From Octopus sinensis (Eukaryota), in the NCBI RefSeq assembly GCF_006345805.1, contig NC_042999.1, forward strand, positions 105,462,001-105,526,000: DNA of 64,000 bases. Reading direction: 5' to 3'. The position numbers and the translations under genes are program-made. Position 1 is the first letter of the stretch, and every line of letters begins with the position of its first letter. The notes under the pieces were generated by a model that had not been told where the DNA came from, searched no databases, and saw only the letters and a program-made list of their open reading frames with translations. Below are positions 1-13,310 of the stretch, piece after piece.

Positions 1-267
1 CCACCTTATTATGGATTAATTATGGATGGATTCATCGTCTGTGAGTATGAAATATCTCCTTATACCTCCGGTAATTGGACCTACATTATGGATGGATTTA
101 CCTTTTCTGTGAATCTAACAAGCTTATTTAAAGCCTGTTATAAGACTGTGCATCATTAAAGAACTTTGGAAATCTGCTTACAATCTAAATTTGCTTTTTA
201 TAGAACTATCTTTGATACTTCATGAGTGTAGCCTCACCCCCTAGGATGCTTGGAGAACTCATATGTG

Positions 268-358
268 TTTTGGCTGATGAGTACGGGACACTTGTATTTG
301 CTGCAAACTTTGCAGCTTTTAATAAAGCTGGTTTTCGTATGAAACAATTGTACTGAAA
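268..358 (+). ncRNA. Type I hammerhead ribozyme motif, canonical core, long branched stem II
   Basis: ttttgg | CTGATGA (274-280) | stem II gtacggga...ttttcgtat enclosing hairpins gctgcaa-act-ttgcagc and agcttt-taat-aaagct | GAAA (341-344) | CAATTG, giving palindrome ACAATTGT | TA (351-352) | ctgaaa. Stem I is 6 bp with two G-U pairs. Confidence 0.75.
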
Positions 359-503
359 AACTAATCCATTCTTGTTGCTTTTTTCTTGCTTATAATCACC
401 ACACATTATTTTCTGGTTAATACCATATAGATTTCTGGTGCATCTAAGTTAAGTACCGCATTCATGTGAATACAATAGAACTCACTTGAATCTTAATTGC
501 TTT

Positions 504-504
<1 letters not shown>

Positions 505-560
<56 letters not shown>
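505..560. repeat. (TA)n microsatellite, representative of dozens of (TA)n, (CA)n, (GA)n, (TATC)n and (TATG)n tracts in the window
   Basis: Directly visible. These tracts produce the YIYI/THTH/CVCV-type ORFs in the track. Confidence 0.98.
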
Positions 561-571
<11 letters not shown>

Positions 572-1039
572 TACACAAACATACATACACACGTATATCT
601 ATGCGTACATACATCTGGCACATATATATGTATATAAAAATACTTATGTACATATAATTATATGTATGGGTGGTGTATGTATGTGTGAGTACTTCGGCAT
701 ACAGGCATTCGTGCGTATACGTGTATGGCTACTTAAACAAATATATCTACCAAAACATGTAAATGTAAATTTTCGTTCCAAATTAAGAATGAAATACATA
801 TGAGAAAAAATAAATTATTCCAATATGTAATTTATATCAATTTAATTTTCTTACTTTCATTAGCTGCTACATTTCATAAATTGTTAATTCTAGCTACTTA
901 CATTTTGCAAATAGTAATTCATTTATCTAATGTACGTTATTTCTTTGACACTGTTTTTTTTGTTTATGATGCAGGAATAGTTTTGGTTAGATGACTATGG
1001 AAATAATTGTTGGAATTGAATACTGATCTGCACAAATTA

Positions 1040-1440
1040 TCATCACTTCACAACAAGTAAACCTAGGTAATAATCTTTATTCAAGTTTCATGAACTCTTC
1101 TATGGAATCGCGTATTTCCAAGCGACACTGTTTTCTGTACCTGCCCTGACTTCACTGTAACTCCTCTCTCTTCAATCCATTTTGCTCTCGTTAGATCTTC
1201 ACTTAAACTTACCATATCCGAACTTATCTTTTTCCTTTTCCAATAGTGTCTCAACACGAGGGCAAAGACTTTCATATTTAAACAGGGTTTTTCCTTCTTC
1301 ATTTATATGCCATACATCCGGCTTTCCTTGTTCAATTTCAACATCACATTGCATTAGTCTATTGCACTGTAACTTTACCTTGGCAATCTTGATAACCGCT
1401 GCCTTTGCTCATATCACGTATTTGCTCTATCCAGGGTATC
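1040..1440 (-). mobile_element. 3' fragment of an RLE-type non-LTR retrotransposon (R4/Dong-like), frameshifted
   Basis: Minus-strand frames read LMQCDVEIEQGKPDVWHINEEGKTL, resembling the RKPD restriction-like endonuclease motif, and KWIEERGVTVKSGQVQKTVSLGNTRFHRRV, resembling the QKT.LLGTARILRRV C-terminus of this clade. Confidence 0.7.
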
Positions 1441-1441
1441 C

Positions 1442-1491
<50 letters not shown>

Positions 1492-1518
1492 TATTATTAT
1501 TATTATTATTATTATTCT
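1441..1518. repeat. (TAT)n microsatellite
   Basis: Directly visible. A second compound (TAT)n/(CAT)n tract lies at ~1753-1942. Confidence 0.97.
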
Positions 1519-1753
1519 ATGTTTGACTTTTGCTTTATGTCTGTACAAGTTGGCTCCAAGTCTCACCCAGAGACCTCAAGAGACAACAGATTGGAAGTTC
1601 ACGTTGTTGTTATGCCTAGTGTGCCATATATTTGGGGTTTTTTTGTGTGTTGTACTAGTGAATGTCTAATACATAAAAAAATAATTTTTGTTTTAAACCT
1701 TAGGATTACATAGAGAGTATTTTGCGTAGGATATGAACAGTTCCCATGAGCAC

Positions 1754-1793
<40 letters not shown>

Positions 1794-1806
1794 TATTATA
1801 ATAATA

Positions 1807-1864
<58 letters not shown>

Positions 1865-1896
1865 TATTATTATTATTATCATCATCATCATCATCA

Positions 1897-1943
<47 letters not shown>

Positions 1944-2169
1944 ACAACAACAAGAAGAAAAATAATATTGGTAATGGTAGTGAGAATAGGAGAGGTAAAA
2001 AGAAACCTATATCATATGTTCGAATGGGTGACCAGTATAATATAAACTACCATACCAACAGGAAACGCAATAATAACATAATGTGGATTATATTCCCTTT
2101 TGCAGTCTAAATTTATAAAGTCTATTCGTTTGTAATTGGCTATCCTGTTGCTGGTTAAATCCATGGAAT

Positions 2170-2324
2170 ATTGAAATGATACCCTTTTTGTCTGTTACAC
2201 AGAATAAGAGCATACTGGAAAGCATAAGAAGTCTAGTTCTGTGAAACACGTTCAAGGTTGTTATCTCGAAGGGGATCACCAATCTTCTTTTTAATAGTTT
2301 ACTTTAAACGTAATGAAGGTAGAA

Positions 2325-2368
<44 letters not shown>

Positions 2369-2960
2369 ACACAGAGACATTCACACACATAAAATTGATA
2401 ATATTGAACACAACAACACGTACACGCACGAAGTTCAATCGAAATGAAATGCAATCAATATAGATGCAAAACATACATTCTGTAGCATAGTTATGCTATA
2501 AAAACTGGATATTCACCAATTTAGAAAAATTACTATATGTAGTCAATATTGGCGCAAAATAGGCATTGAAATGATGTCATCCTGTCCATTCCACAGAATA
2601 ATAGTATACTGGAGAGCATCATAAGAGGGATGAGTCTATGAAACACGTTTAAGATTGATGTCTCGAAAACGAATGAGAATATCATGATTTTCATGGGGAT
2701 CATCACACATAAAGATGGCTACTTCATTACATGTGGTCTCACTAAAACAGCGTAAAATGTTCTTTGCCATAGTTTATTATAGGCGTAACGAACACAGAAA
2801 CACACACACTCATAGAATTGATAATATTGAAGACAGCAAAACGTACACGCCCGAAGTTCAAGCGTAACGAAATGTCGCCGAACATACATTCTGTAGCATA
2901 GTTATGCTATAAAAATGAAATGTCACCAATTTAGCAAAAGTTAGTATATGTCACCAATAT
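2170..2960. repeat. Old diverged tandem duplication, two ~390-nt units
   Basis: Collinear blocks at ~395-410 nt offset (attgaaatgat, gaaacacgtt, aattgataatattgaa, acgtacacgc). An identical 34-nt block occurs at 2471-2504 and 2882-2915. Confidence 0.8.
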
Positions 2961-4047
2961 AAGAAAGTACAAAAAGTAAACATTTATTTGGAACATGTAC
3001 TAAATGTTATAAAATTAAGGATTGACTGAATGTCACAGTGAAGTAAGTGAAAGTCCAAGAAAACTCAGAAGGCATAATTCAAAAGTTCATAAAGAATAAT
3101 TTATTTTACAATTTCTAAACGAACGCTGAAAGGAAGACGATGTTGTATAGAAAGGAAGAGGATGTTGTTGTGAATGTTAATCTAAAATATTTGCTGAAAG
3201 ATATATGTAGCACGACATAAATTAATTTGATATTACTATATATATTTTGTACTATGTATCGTTACAGGTCGTAGAATAAGTACTGACTAACGCAGTAGAA
3301 AGGTTGTGCGACTTTGATACTCAGTGATGAAGAAGCATACGAGGAATACGAGAAATGTCAAACAAAAAATATCATCTTGGACCTGGTTAGAAGGAGTGGA
3401 ACAACATTTCTGTAATTATATTGAAAGAGCCACTGAAGCTGTCTACTTCGCTAAGTTTTCCAATTTGTTATAATGACCAGAATAACATTTTTTCAGAAGC
3501 ATTTACGAGTATTGTGAGTGGTATTAATTCAGCCAAATTTTCATTTTGGTAGTACTGGAAAGTGAAAGTTATTGTTCGTTTAAAGTCCAGGCTTAAAGTA
3601 AACTTTCAATATCGGTACGATTCACCGTTACATGGGAGAGGTGAGTTACATACATAAGCTAACACACACACATACATTAAAGCACACATGAAGCCTATCT
3701 TTGTCCCTCTGTGTGTTTATCTCTCTCTTTGGATATGTGTGTGTGTCAGTCGTCACAAACAGACACATACACCGTCACAAACATGTACTTATCAGGCATC
3801 GGCCTAACGTAGGCAACGAACGTGCGAACATATTCATATAGAAACTGTGACTTCATCGACGTTGTGGTGGTGATATAAAATGTCGAAAACGGCAATGTTA
3901 AATTTTTGCACTGCAAATATATGAATCAAAGTATAGTTTACTTGGTAGCTTACTGACTCTTTTGATACACCATACATCAAAATCGGTAACTCGGTTTTGG
4001 AATGCCTAGAAAACATACGCACCCACCCAAACATAAAACTCTCTCTC

Positions 4048-4116
<69 letters not shown>

Positions 4117-4225
4117 TATATGTATGTATGTGTGTATATATGTATGTATGTATATACACATATGACGTGCTTCTTTCACTTTCCGACAAGTCTATGTTCT
4201 GCCTTAGGCAATAGTAGAAGATACT

Positions 4226-4280
4226 TACCCAAGATCACACGCAGTAGCACTGAACATGAGGCTATGTGATTGGAAAGTGT
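4226..4280 (-). mobile_element. Degenerate tRNA-SINE head fragment
   Basis: cccaagatcacacgcagtagcactgaacatgaggctatgtgattgg resembles the reverse complement of the SINE head at 35218. Confidence 0.5.
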
Positions 4281-4325
<45 letters not shown>

Positions 4326-5419
4326 CAAGTCTCCGCTGTTTGTCATCCGGCACTCTTTTACTATAATTTTACATAATTTTGTGATTTGTGTATTACGATT
4401 CCACTATTTTTGTTACAGATGCCCTTTTCTATTGTGAATGTTAATTCTTGGTTACGTACGGTGTAGGATTTTTAGTTGGTTACAATGATGTATTTACGTA
4501 AATTTAGTTATTATAGTTTAGACATATCTGTATTTGTAAAACAACTCTAAAACGATTACTTGCTTAGGTACGAAGGCCAGTGTTAGAATTTATGACGTAT
4601 CTTATTGCATTGACCTTACTGGTTTGTTTGTTCTGTTATTAATGATCTGGAACAAATGAGGCAAAATATCAGATGTAACACAATTTGAAGTCAGAAATGA
4701 AACTATTTTTTAGTATGGTAGTTAATTATTTAAACAGACTCTTCAACAACAACTACTACAACCGAAAATCCACACATAGAGTTAACAATATATTTTCCAT
4801 TATAATAATAAGCAGTGAAAAATTATATTTGTTTAATAGATATAGAACAAAACGCTATATAGATTTCTAATATTAGTTAAAAGGCCACATATTATGTTGG
4901 TGGAAAAACTTAATCTAATTAATCCCAGTAATTGGTTGCTGCTTATTGCTCATATATTCCCGTGATTGGAAAAAGTAAAAAAATGAATTCAACCTAATAA
5001 AATATGAGATCAGGGGGTATAACTATGTAAAAGGTGAATGTAATATTTATCACCAATCTGGAATGTCATTCAATTCTTTTGAATTATACTTTGAATATTT
5101 CAATAGTCTTTATGAATACACATACTATATGTATTCATAAAGACTGTTATTTATGCATGATTACATGTAATTAGAGCTTAGTACAACGTTCATTAAGTTG
5201 CCGATAAAGAAGTACACATTAATGTACGTGGGTGTGCACATTGCACATACAAACATATATACATAATCATAAATACTTGTGTGTGTGCGAGTGAGTGTGT
5301 GTTTATGTGTGCTTGTGCGTGTGTATGTATGTATGCTTGTATACACACTCACATGCACACACACACATATAGTACAAAGGGATTACTTTCCAATCATTTG
5401 TCCTTTGTTTCAGACCAAG

Positions 5420-5530
5420 AGCGCAGCACTACAGAGGCAAGTGCTGGCTGCTTTAACACTGGACCGATGAAAGACTTGCGAGTGGATATGGTAGACGTAA
5501 CTTAAGAAAGAAGTCCGTCGTTCATATGCC
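5420..5530 (+). mobile_element. Degenerate SINE body fragment
   Basis: gaccgatgaaagacttgcgagtggatatggtagacgtaacttaagaaagaagtccgtcg aligns by eye with 35325-35385. Confidence 0.55.
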
Positions 5531-5756
5531 CACACACAGAAGCACACGCACACACATACACACAGAGACACAATCATTCATCGCTCTCTTTCTCCCCCTC
5601 TCTCTCTCTCTATATATTTATATCGCTTTCTCTGTCCCTCTCTCTCTCTGTCTCTTATTATATATATATATATATATATAACGAGAGGCACAGAGGGAGA
5701 CAGAGAAAGCTATATATATATATATATAGAGAGAGAGGGGGGGGAGAAAGAGAGCG

Positions 5757-5803
<47 letters not shown>

Positions 5804-6044
5804 AGACCCAAATGTAGACGGTTAGAAAGCTTGAAACATGTAGGTGGCTCGTAGACTTTATTACAAGTGGACATTATACGATAAACTATATTTATTAACA
5901 TCGTTACTTTCCACATTTCTTCCTATATCGAAGTTAAAAGGAATGTCGACAAGCTGACTGTTATCATGCAACTCACGATTTATAATTTAAAGCAAATTAT
6001 TCGCCACTCAAATAGTTCAAATAACATGCGTTACTTACTCCATC

Positions 6045-7285
6045 CCAGCTGAAATATTGCAAGCGATAGGAACCAGTCTTTACACAGAAGCTCATTAATC
6101 ACTTTCAGACTATATGCCAACAGGAAGTTGTTCCTCGGGAGCTAAAGTAAGCTTTTATTGCCTAACTCTAGGAAAGATTGAGGGACAGGCACACCTGTGA
6201 CAACTCCCGGGGAATTTCCTTCCTTGTCATAGCTGGCAAGATATTTGCAACAGTCCTTAGCCGGATCGCTCTGCACATTGAAGACAGTCATCTGTCCGCG
6301 AGTCAGTGTTGCATTAGATAGGCCGGTGGGACAGTTGACATTATCTTTGCCGCATGCCAATTTCGTGAGAGGTACCTGAAACAGAAGAGCTGTCGACCTA
6401 ACCAAAGATGTTAACGCCATCAGTCATGAGAGGATTTAGAATATCATGGGAAAGTTCGGCTGTCCCGACGAATTCACAAGCATAGTGTAACAGGTACACG
6501 ATGAGATGTTTCATAAAATGTTGAACAATGGAAATGTTTTTTTTTTAATTCTTAGCCACTAACGAAGTCAAGCAGGGCTGTGTACTCACACCTACACTTC
6601 AGCATGTCAAATGCTTTCTGCAACAACATTGAAACGAGCATCAAGTTCACAGTCAGGACTGATGGCAGACTCTTCAAGTTGACATTCACTGCGCAATTTC
6701 CTATTCTCAGACAACTGCGTACTCAATCAAACCAGAGAGGTCTGGCTGCCACAGAGTCTGAAATAATTTCTCACTACCTGCGAAGGTTATGGCCTCACAA
6801 TCAGTACTCAGAAGACAGAGGTGATGCACCAAATTGCCCAACAGAAGGCACTTGTGGAACAAACTATTACTGACGAAGGGGAAACCCTGGAGGTTGTTGA
6901 TAAGTTCATATTCCTCGGCGTCACACTCTCCAGATCTGTGACCATTCACGATGAATTCAACACACGCAACGCCATCGGGAGCCTAACATTCGGGCAGCTA
7001 AATGGGTGTAGAAAGGCATTGAGCAGCAAGCAGTTGCACTGCCTAGGCTCCTGTTGTGGAGACACTTGGAAGGTTTGAAAAAACGCTAAAATTCCAGGCC
7101 ATTTACACATGAACTCCATGAGAAAGCTGTTGAAAATCACTAAGAAAAGATCTTAGACACGGATGACTTCTCTTGAACTAATCTAGCATTCATTTAGACA
7201 CTGGTGAGGAGGTCGCAAGTCAAGTGTGCAGGCCATTTTGTTTGGGAGCATGACACACGAGTCCGCAACAGACTGTTAGACAAAC
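6045..7285 (+). mobile_element. RTE-BovB-type LINE, degenerate reverse transcriptase fragment
   Basis: Translates to RGISFLVIAGKIFATVLSRIALHIEDSHLSASQCCIR*AGGTVDIIFAACQ, LEVVDKFIFLGVTLSRSVTIHDEFNTR and KCAGHFV, typical RTE RT and post-RT segments. Many stops and frameshifts. Confidence 0.85.
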
Positions 7286-7408
7286 ACAGACACACGCGCG
7301 CGCGAGCGCACACACACACACGCATACACACACACACACACGCACGCACGCACGCACGCACCACACACACACACACGCACGCACGCACGCATACACACAC
7401 ACACACAC

Positions 7409-7454
<46 letters not shown>

Positions 7455-7886
7455 ATCAAATCTCTTGCGAGTGAACATCCCTTCATGACGATGTAAACTT
7501 CTTTTGTTTAAGGCGTTTTGCCCGATGTAGATTATCGTTTGTTTGGATAATTACTACGTCCGAGGTTCTACTCGCTATGAAACGTATGAAGCCTGGATTT
7601 TATCTTCTCCATTCCCTAATGTTTGATTTCTATTCGTACACAAAACGCCCCCTGCTGCTAGCCGTAAGCTACAAAAACAAAAAACAAAAAAAGCAAAAAA
7701 AAAGTTCAGCTTATTGAACTTCAATATGGGAAAAATTTACAACCTTCTACAGCAATAAACCACTATTATTTCTGAACATGTTTATTTATTCTTTCTACGG
7801 ACTGTTCGAAGCTTACTATTTCCCTACACTTTGATCCTCGGATCTTACCTTTACATACACAGACACATACACACACATGCATATTA

Positions 7887-7928
<42 letters not shown>

Positions 7929-9399
7929 GTGTATATATATATATGTATATATGCATGTGTGTGTGTGTGAGTATGAGTTTGTGTGTGTGTGTGTGTGTAT
8001 TGTGTATATATACAGAGAAGCATATGCATATACATGCAAACATAGATGCAAACACACACATATAGAACATGTTCATATAGCATATAAATTTACATTTATA
8101 TCATTTAATGTTTAACACCGACAGTAGGAATTGATGTCCTTGTTCTCAAATAGATTAATATAAATAACGCAAGCATACATACAGACACCATACAGAATCA
8201 CACATATTGTGTATATGATTGTGATAAATGGAGTAAATGTTGGGGTTATTTATAGAAGTGTCTCTATTATATTCGTTTCTCCATTCTTTCGTAATAGTTA
8301 ATTATATCAGTCTTTCAAGACGCCACACTGAACTAATATACACGTAATTGCTATAGTGCCCTCAATTCACATCGGTTTCATCTTCTATAAAGCTTGACCA
8401 AATTCAGTCTCATCACGAAGGGTTAATATATAGAACTGAAATTTTCTCAAATAATATTGACAAAGAGAGAGAGGTGATGATGTATGGGAGAGAGATGTCA
8501 GAGCTCTTATTGAGAGTTTAAGATTGTTGCATATTACGTTTCTATTCATTAGAAATAGATATTGTGTTCGAGAGACAAATAGGTAGGTAGATATATAAAT
8601 TAAGATAGAGAGAAAGAGGGAGAGAGAAAGAAAGAGGGAGAGAAAGTGAGAGAGAAAAAGAGAGAAAAGAGAGAAAGAGAGAGGAGGAGAGAAAGGCAAA
8701 ATGAAAGCCAAACAAATCGTAATATTATTATTCAAGAGAACATTCTTTTATTAAGCGACAACATAATTATGCGCATCCTCCTGCAAATATCTTCTGTAAT
8801 CAATTTCCTTTCACTGTTAATTATTCTCTCTATAAGGCACTTGCTAACTGATTCATTTAGTCATCAAATTACATAAAATTGTCTTAAATTGATTAATTCT
8901 AGAGAATTTAAGTTATTATGTATAGTTCTATGGTTATTTTTGCTACTTAAGTGAAGCAATGTTGAATGACAATGGAAGAGAATTAAGATATTGTAGAAGT
9001 GAATATGTATGCCAGATTTCATTTCCTGGCTTCGGGTATTGCTTAATTTGTGTTTTCTAAAAGGGACATTATCTCACGTCTATCTGAATATGCAGCATAC
9101 AGAGGCATAGCAACATATTTGCATGTATATTAAGCAAGAGAACAGGTTCAGCGATATTGTCATATACATAAAGACCTAAATTTGATTACACGCAAGCACA
9201 CCCGGACACAAACCGAAAGCATACACACGCATATACCCATAATGCTGAGCACTTATATTCCTATATTCACCCATCTAACAAATTGATTTTATTTCATCAA
9301 ATAACCAAACAACACGGCAATCTATTCTTGCAGTGTCATGTATTGATATGTACGCATGGGTGTACGTGTATGCACACGCGGAACCTCAACACAAAAGAA

Positions 9400-9510
9400 T
9401 GGTCGGTACCCGGAGCCATAGTAGAAAACAATTGAGCACGGTACCGATCGGCGTGACCGAACCTGAAACCAATTGGTTAAGAAAGTAAATTCTTAGACAC
9501 ACTCCTTAGA
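9400..9510 (-). mobile_element. Degenerate tRNA-SINE head fragment
   Basis: gccatagtagaaaacaattg...gaccgaacctgaaaccaattggttaagaaag resembles the reverse complement of the 35218 SINE head. Confidence 0.5.
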
Positions 9511-9529
9511 CACAACCGGCACTTGTGCC

Positions 9530-10500
9530 TCCAAACATATCCCCCCTTTCTTTAACGAGGTATTTTAGCCAATCGGTGTGTTGTTTGTACGTCACGGTTC
9601 GGTCAGTATTTTATTCTGCAGTTCATATTTGCATTTGCAAATATTTAGGTTTTTATCGTCTTATTTTGACTGGTATGTATGAACTGACATGTACTACATC
9701 GGCGATCATTGCATTTAGATGCAATAAATGATTCACCATTTTTGCTTAGGTCACACTTTGACTTCGTTAATAATTGTTTTAAGTTTTTCGGCTGTCTTTT
9801 ACTTAGAATCATAGCTCGATCCGTGATTATATCCTTTAATTCATTGATTTGATCAATGATCGGCAAGTTTGTTTTGGCAATGCTTAAGATATTTTGGTAA
9901 CGTGGATTGGGTGTCACTATAAATGGTGTGACCTGTTCTTGTTTTCCTCTCTTTTGGGTTGCCCTAATTTGTTGTATGAGTATTTCTGTAGCAAGCTGGG
10001 TGCCATTTTCTATAAGTAGAGATGAGTATTTTTTATTTGAGTAGAAATTCTTTGGGTTCTGTTAGGCATTTGTCTCTGGTATTCACATCTTCCACAATGG
10101 TACAGATTTGTCTAGCTAGGCGGCATGGGATATTGCGTTTTGTATGTGATAGATGGCACGATTTGTATTTCGGGTATTGATGCGTGTTTGTGTTTATAGT
10201 ATATTTGAGTGTAACTTTGAATTATCATTATATCTACAAATGGTAATTTGGTACTACTCATCTCCTTTGTGAATTGGCAAGTTGGGGGAAGCTTGTTCAG
10301 GAGGATATTACATTCTTGCAGAGTATCTAAAGGTTTTGTCCAGGTATCTCTTCCAAGCATGTTCAATATACCTTCTAAAATTGTGTTTATATATCTATAT
10401 ATATATTTGTTTAAACCAAATTTTCTCAAAACAACTTTTCCGACCGTCCCATAGGCCTCCCCTTTGAGAAACACTGATTTAACCTAAATTTGAGACACCA
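9530..10500 (-). mobile_element. Penelope-like element remnant (RT thumb, linker, start of GIY-YIG)
   Basis: ORF fragments QFTKEMSSTKLPFVDIMI..TQIYYK and SKRQPKNLKQLLTKSK...KCNDRRCSTCQFI parallel the corresponding part of the 37968 ORF. Frameshifted. Confidence 0.85.
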
Positions 10501-10582
10501 GCAAAAGAAGAAATAAAGATAGACTTTTTCTTCTATTCCAAAGAAAAACGATTTTATTCAAACAAATACGCAGCCGAAGAGT

Positions 10583-10643
10583 TAAAGTACGAGTAATGAT
10601 AAGGCTGTTGACTAAAGTACGAGTAATGATAAGGCTGTTGACT
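10583..10643. repeat. Perfect 30-nt tandem duplication
   Basis: taaagtacgagtaatgataaggctgttgac occurs twice in succession. Confidence 0.95.
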
Positions 10644-10769
10644 GGGAGAACACAAACATGGTTTAAACAGTAAGCTTGGCAGGAAAGAAACGTACCTTTA
10701 AGCAGTACAAAAACAAGAAATAGAAGGTGCAGTTATGTACAGATTGACGGAAGAAAAGCAAGGCAAAAA

Positions 10770-10934
10770 CGGCTTTATCGATCGCGTTCTCACCTGGAAT
10801 CGATTTTTGTAATGTTTTCAAGACTTATATACGCCCTGATATCGTCGTATCTACATATCAAATTTGAGCGCAATCGGATGGAGGATACCCGAGATCCGAG
10901 AAGACACACACACACAGAACAGATTTTATATAAG
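10770..10934 (+). mobile_element. Possible 3' end of another Helitron/Helentron-type non-autonomous element
   Basis: caaatttgagcgcaatcggatg...gacacacacacacag...agattttatataag has the microsatellite plus TTTATATA end typical of DINE-1/Lep1-like elements, and abuts the next element. Confidence 0.4.
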
Positions 10935-11437
10935 ACTAGCAGTATCGCCCGGCGTTGCTCGGGTTTGTAAGGGAAATAACTATATAAGCATTTTTAGAGA
11001 GTTACTTCCTTTATAGATGCCAATTCGGGCTTTCTTAGCCATTTCTGTTTTTGGTGTCTTCAAGCCATGAAGTCGTTGTTCTAAAAGAACGCTGGTCTCC
11101 TTGACAACGCATTACGACGTTGATTTCCTTAAACTCCCTTCCCCACAGCTTCACGAGGGAGGGAAGAAGGGGGAGAAGCAAACACAGGTGCAGGTGTTTG
11201 AGCGTGGACGCCAACTCCGCCGCCATCGACACACGAAAAATTATGCATTAAAATGGAATAAAAAATGATGTTAAATTATTTTTAAAATCGTAGACTCATC
11301 GTAGACGCGCGCTAATACTCAGACGGGCTCGATATTAATCACGACTATAAGATACCCGAATTTGGTTAAACTGCACCGCAAAATGTGGGAGGAGTTAGGA
11401 ATCTAAATCGTAGGAGACAGACACTCACACAACTACA

Positions 11438-11445
<8 letters not shown>
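10935..11445 (+). mobile_element. Non-autonomous Helitron/Helentron-type element (Lep1/DINE-1-like), copy 1
   Basis: 5' ACTAGCAGTATCGCCCGGCGTTGCTCGGG with a short hairpin, and 3' ...ggagacagacactcacacaac...tttatata. Both ends are shared with 12912-13310. Confidence 0.7.
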
Positions 11446-11499
<54 letters not shown>

Positions 11500-12911
11500 A
11501 GTTGCTAGCGGGTACATACTACAGTTTTCTTGCAAATTAGATATGCATTAGATTTTCAATATTGGGCATGAATAATAAAACAGGGAGGTAAAGTCTGTAT
11601 TAATTTATTTGTAATAACATATTTTTGGCACAGTTTCATAACAAGGTGTTAGCTGTTTGCATATTTCATCTGCAATATCATATTTCTTGTATTATTATTC
11701 CATTACTCTGATAACTTCGAAAAAGAGGTATCTTGATATAATAACATGCATCGTTCGTGATTTGCCTGTACTGTCTTTTGTTCTTGCGGGTGAGATACTG
11801 TCATTCTTATTGCAAATTACGTAACCGTTCTTAAACATCTTCGTACATTGTTCTTATATTACATTGTTGTGTGTATATGAAAACTGAGTTGATTTATCAC
11901 TGCAGATATTCAATAGGGAATAATTTTCTTCGCTTTTGCTTTAGAGTTGCAAGCTCACTTTGCCATTTTCTTATCGATTTCATATATATATTTTTTTTAG
12001 TTTAAGTGAATATGTTTCATCGTTAACAACTTTTTAGGATCTAAAACGCTACTAATGGAAGGGAATTAGAAATTCGGAATGAGGGGTTGCTGACTAAGAA
12101 AGCTCATAAAACTATATTTATGTCACAGACATACATGCAGGCAACTCCTTGTCTTTTTAAGACACGTAAACCAGCAAATTAGTTCAGATATTCAAAAAGG
12201 GGCAGGGACTATATATAGGTCGGCATTCAGTACTATTTCTCTTTATGGCGTTTTCCCAGAAATGCTTCCCCAAAGAGACCTAAAAAAATACAATTTGCCG
12301 AAGGTACCCCGCAATAGAATCGATCCTGAAATTACGCGATTATAATACATAATTTTCAGTTGCACATCTCTGCCTCTCTTATTATTTTTCAGAAAATATC
12401 TTTGAATCTCTTGCTGATTTAGAAATGTTTCACATGACCATTTATATTGTAATTATAGAAGTTATCTTCCCAATCAAGGCAGAAACACCCACGAACGTAC
12501 ATTAATTTTTAAATTAAGTACACATTAAACAGATAAGAACCTAATTAAACAAAATCCTTATAAAACAACCTTATATCATAAATCAGGCAATTTCTAGAAT
12601 ATTTGTTTATGAGTAATCTCAAATTTGACAAAGTTTTCGTCTCTTCTAAAACAAAAAGTAAAATTTTATATGCATCTACATTGAAACGTTTATTCGGTCA
12701 TACTATTCTTCTGTCTAAAACATGTTAATTGTTGTAAATATATTCGACTATGTAGATAGGTATATCACAAGATAAAGTGTTCACTTTATGGCCATGTTTG
12801 GACTTCCATCCACATCCAAATACATTGTAGTTGAACGACCTTCCTCTATCATAGTTTGTAGTTCAACCATATTTTCAACGTGGTCAGATGAGTATAAAAT
12901 CTTTATGCTAC

Positions 12912-13310
12912 ACTAGCAGTATCGCCCGGTGTTGCTCGGGTTTGTAAGGGAAATAACTATATAAGCATTTTTAGAGATGTAAAGTATAATAGCCATCTCA
13001 ATATGGCTAACCACAAAGGGGGGGGTGTTAATGTAGCTTTTTATGTTCTGAGATATAATAAATAAATTTTTAGAGAGTTACTTCCTTTATATATGCCAAA
13101 GATGCATTAAAATGGGAAAAATTGATGGTAAATTCTTTTTAAAATCGTAGACTCATCGTAGACGCGCGCTAATACCCAGAAGGGCTCGATATGAATCACA
13201 ACTATAAGATACCCGGTTTTGGTTAAACTGCACCGCAAAATGTGGGAGTAGTTAGGAATCTAAATCGTAGGAGACAGACAGCACACAACCTTACTTTTAT
13301 ATATAAAGAT
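12912..13310 (+). mobile_element. Non-autonomous Helitron/Helentron-type element, copy 2
   Basis: Same 5' end and same ~200-nt 3' part as copy 1, ending ttttatatataaagat. Confidence 0.7.

Noticed and set aside
2604-2650. ctggaga...gaaacacgtt in the duplicated unit
   Set aside because: A6 is missing, stem II is not closed and stem III is not palindromic.
9455-9485. gaaaccaattggtt palindrome resembling stem III
   Set aside because: It lies in a decayed antisense SINE head and has no catalytic core.
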